From NCBI GenBank assembly GCA_029856525.1, contig JAHQXC010000019.1:1-18908 (forward strand): a stretch of DNA of 18,908 nucleotides, given 5' to 3'. A model generated the notes under the pieces. That model worked only from the letters and a program-made list of their open reading frames with translations, searched no databases and was not told the DNA's origin. A program made the translations under genes and the position numbers. Of this stretch, positions 15,313 through 18,908 are shown piece after piece; position 1 is the first letter of the stretch, and each line of letters starts with the position of its first letter. The DNA is from Candidatus Odinarchaeia archaeon (GTDB lineage Archaea > Asgardarchaeota > Odinarchaeia > Odinarchaeales > Odinarchaeaceae).

Positions 15313-15758
15313 GTCTTAGACCTCAGAAAGAGCTTGCAGCTAAAATATTAAAAGTTGGTAAAAGCAGGGTTTGGATCGACCCTAATAGAATCGACGACGT
15401 TATGATCGCTATAAGAAGACAGGATATTAAGAAGCTAATACATGAAAAAGTAATAGCTAAGAAACCTGCTACAAGCATAAGCAGAGGTAGAGTTAGAGTA
15501 AACTTAGAGAAGAAGAGGAAAGGGCTTAGAGTAGGTCCAGGTTCTAGAAAAGGCGGTAAATTATCAACTATACCAGAGAAAAGAATATGGATTTATAGAA
15601 TAAGAAAACAGCGTGAATATCTTAAACAGCTTAGAGACAGGCGGCTGCTATCCACTTCTAATTATAGAATGCTATATTTAAGAGCTAAGGGCGGGGAGTT
15701 TAAGTCACTAGCCCAGCTTAAAGCATTCATCACACAAAACAAGCTTTTAAGGAGATAG
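15309..15758 (+). CDS. rpl19e: 50S ribosomal protein L19e (eL19)
   Basis: LRPQKELAAKILKVGKSRVWIDP, GPGSRKG, YRMLYLRAKGGEFK; ATGA overlap. Confidence 0.97.
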   Translation: MSLRPQKELAAKILKVGKSRVWIDPNRIDDVMIAIRRQDIKKLIHEKVIAKKPATSISRGRVRVNLEKKRKGLRVGPGSRKGGKLSTIPEKRIWIYRIRKQREYLKQLRDRRLLSTSNYRMLYLRAKGGEFKSLAQLKAFITQNKLLRR

Positions 15759-15762
15759 AAAT

Positions 15763-16422
15763 ATGGCTAAAGGTCCAGAATACCGTGTTCAATTCAGACG
15801 GAGAAGAGAAGGTAGAACAAACTATTATCTCCGTAGAAGATTATTAATGTCAAGGTTAACTAGATTCGTTGTCAGAAAAAGTTTAAACCATTTAATAGTT
15901 CAGTTGATAACCCCTAAAATCGGCGGAGACCAAACCGTGGTGACCGTTAACACTAAAGAGCTTCAGACAAGATACGGCTGGAAGGCTGGAACAGGGAATC
16001 TGCCCGCAGCTTATTTAGCAGGATATCTAGCAGGTAAAAGAGCTCTCGCTAAAGGTGTTGAAAAAGCGATACTTGACATCGGATTATACCCCTGCGTGAA
16101 AGGTTCTAGAATCCTCGCAGCGCTTAAAGGAGCTTTACAAGCCGGTTTGAAAATACCTGTAGCCGAAGAGATTCTACCAAGCGATGAGAGAGTTAAAGGA
16201 GTTCATATTAAAGAGTACTATGAGAAAATAGTCGGCAACCAGTTGAAAGCTGGTAAAAACCAGTTTGCTAAAATCTTAGCCGCCGGCGTCGATCTTTTAA
16301 AATTACCTGAACATTTTGAAGAAGTACTTAAAAATATTGATCAAAGTTTTCAAATAGAGAAAACCACCAGTGGAAAGACTTCTAAAAAAACTGTTAAAAT
16401 CTCTAAGGGAGGTCGTAGCTGA
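15763..16422 (+). CDS. rpl18: 50S ribosomal protein L18 (uL18)
   Basis: YRVQFRRRREGRTNY, GNLPAAYLAG, AILDIGL, ALKGA..AGL.IP. Confidence 0.97.
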   Translation: MAKGPEYRVQFRRRREGRTNYYLRRRLLMSRLTRFVVRKSLNHLIVQLITPKIGGDQTVVTVNTKELQTRYGWKAGTGNLPAAYLAGYLAGKRALAKGVEKAILDIGLYPCVKGSRILAALKGALQAGLKIPVAEEILPSDERVKGVHIKEYYEKIVGNQLKAGKNQFAKILAAGVDLLKLPEHFEEVLKNIDQSFQIEKTTSGKTSKKTVKISKGGRS

Positions 16423-17046
16423 ATGTCAAACCTCGATGAATGGCAGCCGAAAACAAGGCTTGGAAGAATGGTGAAGGAAGGTAAGATTACAAATATAGAA
16501 GAGGTTTTCAGACTCTGCCAACCGATTAAAGAAGTGGAAATAGTAGACTCCCTCCTACCTAATCTTCAAGAAGAGGTTATAGACCTCAACTTAGTTCAGA
16601 GGCAAACCGACGCCGGTGAAATAGGGCGTTTTAAAGCTTCAGTGATTGTTGGAAACGGGGACGGCTACATCGGGTTCGGTGAAGCTAAAGCTAAAGAAGT
16701 TGGACCGGCTATAAGACTTGCAATAATTAAAGCTAAGCTTAATATCAGACCTGTGAGAAGAGGATGCGGAAGCTGGGAATGCGGATGCGGGACACCTCAC
16801 TCTCTACCTTTTAAAACCGAGGGGAGGGCTGGAAGTGTAAGACTTACTTTAAAGCCGGCTCCTAAAGGTGTCGGCCTCGTAGTAGCTGACAGCATTAAAC
16901 TGGTATTAAGACTGGCTGGAATAAAAGACGTGTGGTGCTGGAGTAAAGGTCATACTAGAACCACTTTCAACTTCGCTAAAGCAGCTTACGATGCTTTAAA
17001 AAACACGTATAATATTATGACGCCTAAAGAATGGGAGCGTGCGTGA
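16423..17046 (+). CDS. rps5: 30S ribosomal protein S5 (uS5)
   Basis: [52 protein letters not shown]. Confidence 0.97.
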   Translation: MSNLDEWQPKTRLGRMVKEGKITNIEEVFRLCQPIKEVEIVDSLLPNLQEEVIDLNLVQRQTDAGEIGRFKASVIVGNGDGYIGFGEAKAKEVGPAIRLAIIKAKLNIRPVRRGCGSWECGCGTPHSLPFKTEGRAGSVRLTLKPAPKGVGLVVADSIKLVLRLAGIKDVWCWSKGHTRTTFNFAKAAYDALKNTYNIMTPKEWERA

Positions 17047-17530
17047 AACTATGGAAGCTAATAAAATTTTATCCGTCATACGTATAAGGGGAACAGTCGA
17101 CGTGAACTATGAAATAGAGGATACGCTGAAAATGCTTCGCCTACATAAACCGAATCACCTTGTTTTAATAGACAACAGACCTTCCTATGTGAAAATGCTT
17201 CATAAAGTAAATAATTATGTAGCATGGGGGGAAGTCTCAGCGGAGATGATTGAAAAACTTCTAAGAGAAAAAGGGAGATTGAAAGGTAATAAACCGTTAA
17301 CCGACGAGTATTTAAAAAATAATTCAGAATTTAACTCGATAAATGAGCTGGCTAGAAAAATCTACGAGCTTAAAGCGAAAATCACTGATGTAAAGGATTT
17401 AAAACCCGTGTTCAGATTACACCCGCCTACAGGCGGCTTTAAAAACTCTAAGAAAAAACCTTATAATTTAGGCGGCGTCTTAGGTTACCATGGGAAAGAT
17501 ATAGAAACCCTGATAAATAGAATGATATAG
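17039..17530 (+). CDS. rpl30: 50S ribosomal protein L30 (uL30, archaeal long form)
   Basis: [39 protein letters not shown]. Start is GTG 17039 or ATG 17051. Confidence 0.96.
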   Translation: MRETMEANKILSVIRIRGTVDVNYEIEDTLKMLRLHKPNHLVLIDNRPSYVKMLHKVNNYVAWGEVSAEMIEKLLREKGRLKGNKPLTDEYLKNNSEFNSINELARKIYELKAKITDVKDLKPVFRLHPPTGGFKNSKKKPYNLGGVLGYHGKDIETLINRMI

Positions 17531-17551
17531 CGTAAATCGAGGTAGAGGATA

Positions 17552-18136
17552 TTGTCTGAGAATGACGAAGATAGGAGAAAAAAGAAGAGATGGTGGGAGG
17601 AAGACTCTTTTGACGAATTCGAAGACGTAGATGAATTATTCAAGAAGCTAGCTGAAGGATTCTTCAACCTGCCTAAATTAAGTGAAATGATCGAAAGCAT
17701 TCTAAAAGAATTCGAACAGGATAAAGAGAAATTCATGAATTTAAAGGAACCCCTCTTCTGGGGTTTTTCCATAACCAGAGGCCCGGATAATAAGCCGGTT
17801 ATAAGAAAACTCGGTAATATAGAGCCTGGTGAAGAGAAAGCTATTGTTAAAGAAGAGCGGGAGCCCCTCGTAGATATATTAAGCGAGGGCAAAGAAATAG
17901 TGGTGATCGCTGAACTACCCGGCGTTGAAAAAGATCAGATAAATCTGAAAGCTACAGATAACTATCTTATATTAAATGCAACCGCACCGCAGAGGAAATA
18001 TTATAAGAAAATAGATTTCAAAGAGAGAATAGACCCGAGCAGCGCTAAAGCGGTTTATAAGAATGGCGTGCTAGAAGTTAGATTCAAAAAACTCGACGCT
18101 TCAAACACTTCCGGAGCTGAAATAAAAATACAATAG
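17552..18136 (+). CDS. hsp20: Archaeal small heat-shock protein Hsp20 (alpha-crystallin domain)
   Basis: GFSITRGPDNKPVIR.LGN, EREPLVDI, VIAELPGVEK, AKAVYKNGVLEV; TTG start with GAGGT/AGAGGA SD. Confidence 0.93.
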   Translation: MSENDEDRRKKKRWWEEDSFDEFEDVDELFKKLAEGFFNLPKLSEMIESILKEFEQDKEKFMNLKEPLFWGFSITRGPDNKPVIRKLGNIEPGEEKAIVKEEREPLVDILSEGKEIVVIAELPGVEKDQINLKATDNYLILNATAPQRKYYKKIDFKERIDPSSAKAVYKNGVLEVRFKKLDASNTSGAEIKIQ

Positions 18137-18155
18137 AAGATTAGAGGAGGTTTCT

Positions 18156-18599
18156 ATGGCGCTTAGATTCACTAAGAAAGTTAGAAAATATCGTGGTGGA
18201 AGAACCTACGGTTATGGTAGAGTCGGACAGCATAGGAAAAGCGGTATGAAAGGCGGTAAAGGATTCGCTGGAATGAAAAAACATGGTAAAAGCTGGATAT
18301 TAGCTTATATGCCGGACTACTTCGGTAAACGCGGATTCAAAGCCCCATCCACTATGACCTCTATAGTTAAACCGATAACACTTAGAGAACTAGACTACCT
18401 TGTAAAACGTTTAGGTGTCAGCTCAACCTCTAAAACTCAGCTTCCCACTATAAATCTTAAAGAACACGGATATAACAAGCTTCTATCAACAGGCTACCTG
18501 TCAACTCCGCTAGAGATCATTGTTGAAAAAGCGACAGCTAAAGCTGTAAGCAAAGTTGAATCAATAGGCGGCAGAGTCATAATAACCGCTGGAAGATAG
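18156..18599 (+). CDS. rpl15: 50S ribosomal protein L15 (uL15)
   Basis: KKVRKYRGGRTYGYG..GQHRKSG..GGKG.AG, FGKRGF, KVESIGG; GGAGGT SD. Confidence 0.97.
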   Translation: MALRFTKKVRKYRGGRTYGYGRVGQHRKSGMKGGKGFAGMKKHGKSWILAYMPDYFGKRGFKAPSTMTSIVKPITLRELDYLVKRLGVSSTSKTQLPTINLKEHGYNKLLSTGYLSTPLEIIVEKATAKAVSKVESIGGRVIITAGR

Positions 18600-18666
18600 A
18601 AAATACTTAGTTAAATAAAATATTAAGCCTAACGCTTCAATTTCAAAGCGCACGGGTTGAACTCTA

Positions 18667-18908
18667 ATGGTTAGATTCCTTGAAGTCTTCAAACCTTTAA
18701 TGCGAATAATGCCGGAGGTTAAACTCCCTGAGCGTAAAGTATCTTTTAAAATGAAGATACTTTACACCATTCTCATCTTGATAATCTATCTTATAATGTC
18801 GAATATCCCTTTATGGGGGATCCCTGTAGGAACAGGATCTGATTATTTCTATTACTGGCGGATATTATTCGCTTCAAACCGTGGAACGCTCACAGAGCTG
18901 GGTATAGG
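18667..18908 (+). CDS. secY: Preprotein translocase SecY/Sec61alpha, 5' partial (runs off window)
   Basis: Hand translation MVRFLEVFKPLMRIMPEVKLPERKVSFKMKILYTILILIIYLIMSNIPLWGIPVGTGSDYFYYWRILFASNRGTLTELGI; canonical position after rpl15. Confidence 0.95.
   Translation, partial: MVRFLEVFKPLMRIMPEVKLPERKVSFKMKILYTILILIIYLIMSNIPLWGIPVGTGSDYFYYWRILFASNRGTLTELGI

Noticed and set aside
16760-16800. Cys clusters in uS5 (and in uS14, uS17)
   Set aside because: Known zinc-binding motifs of archaeal orthologs.
17451-17470. BRE/TATA-like GAAAAAACC-TTATAA inside rpl30 as an internal hsp20 promoter
   Set aside because: Explained by the conserved KKPYN coding sequence; cannot be supported without TSS data.
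17485-17892. 135-aa minus-strand ORF
   Set aside because: Antisense shadow of hsp20/rpl30.
1-18908. tRNA, rRNA, CRISPR arrays, IS elements, integrases
   Set aside because: No T-loop/cloverleaf, rRNA motifs, regularly spaced repeats, terminal inverted repeats or transposase ORFs seen; nearly all sequence is accounted for by CDSs.

Overview
Archaeal genomic window, most likely an Asgard archaeon. This is an inference from the Sec61alpha-like SecY N-terminus, a DPM2-like protein and the ribosomal-protein signatures; an Odinarchaeota-like lineage is plausible but not demonstrable here. Left to right: a GC-rich, potentially structured non-coding segment; an orphan 2-TM gene (-); gatE-gatD (+); and a minus-strand cluster of a phosphohexomutase (glmM/PMM-type), a stand-alone GlmS-like double-SIS protein and a small membrane protein resembling eukaryotic DPM2. 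Then come an isolated rps19 (+), an inverted ferredoxin + orphan ABC-ATPase pair that splits the S10 cluster, and the long S10/spc operon from rpl22 to rpl15 followed by the 5' end of secY. The operon includes rps14 (absent from the ORF track) and rnp1, has an Hsp20 gene inserted between rpl30 and rpl15, and has several ribosomal proteins with long charged extensions. No tRNA, rRNA, CRISPR array or mobile element was recognised. The best leads are the DPM2-like gene in a hexose-phosphate operon, the in-frame ferredoxin/ABC-ATPase pair inside the ribosomal cluster, the operon-embedded Hsp20 and the candidate ncRNA at about 175-287.
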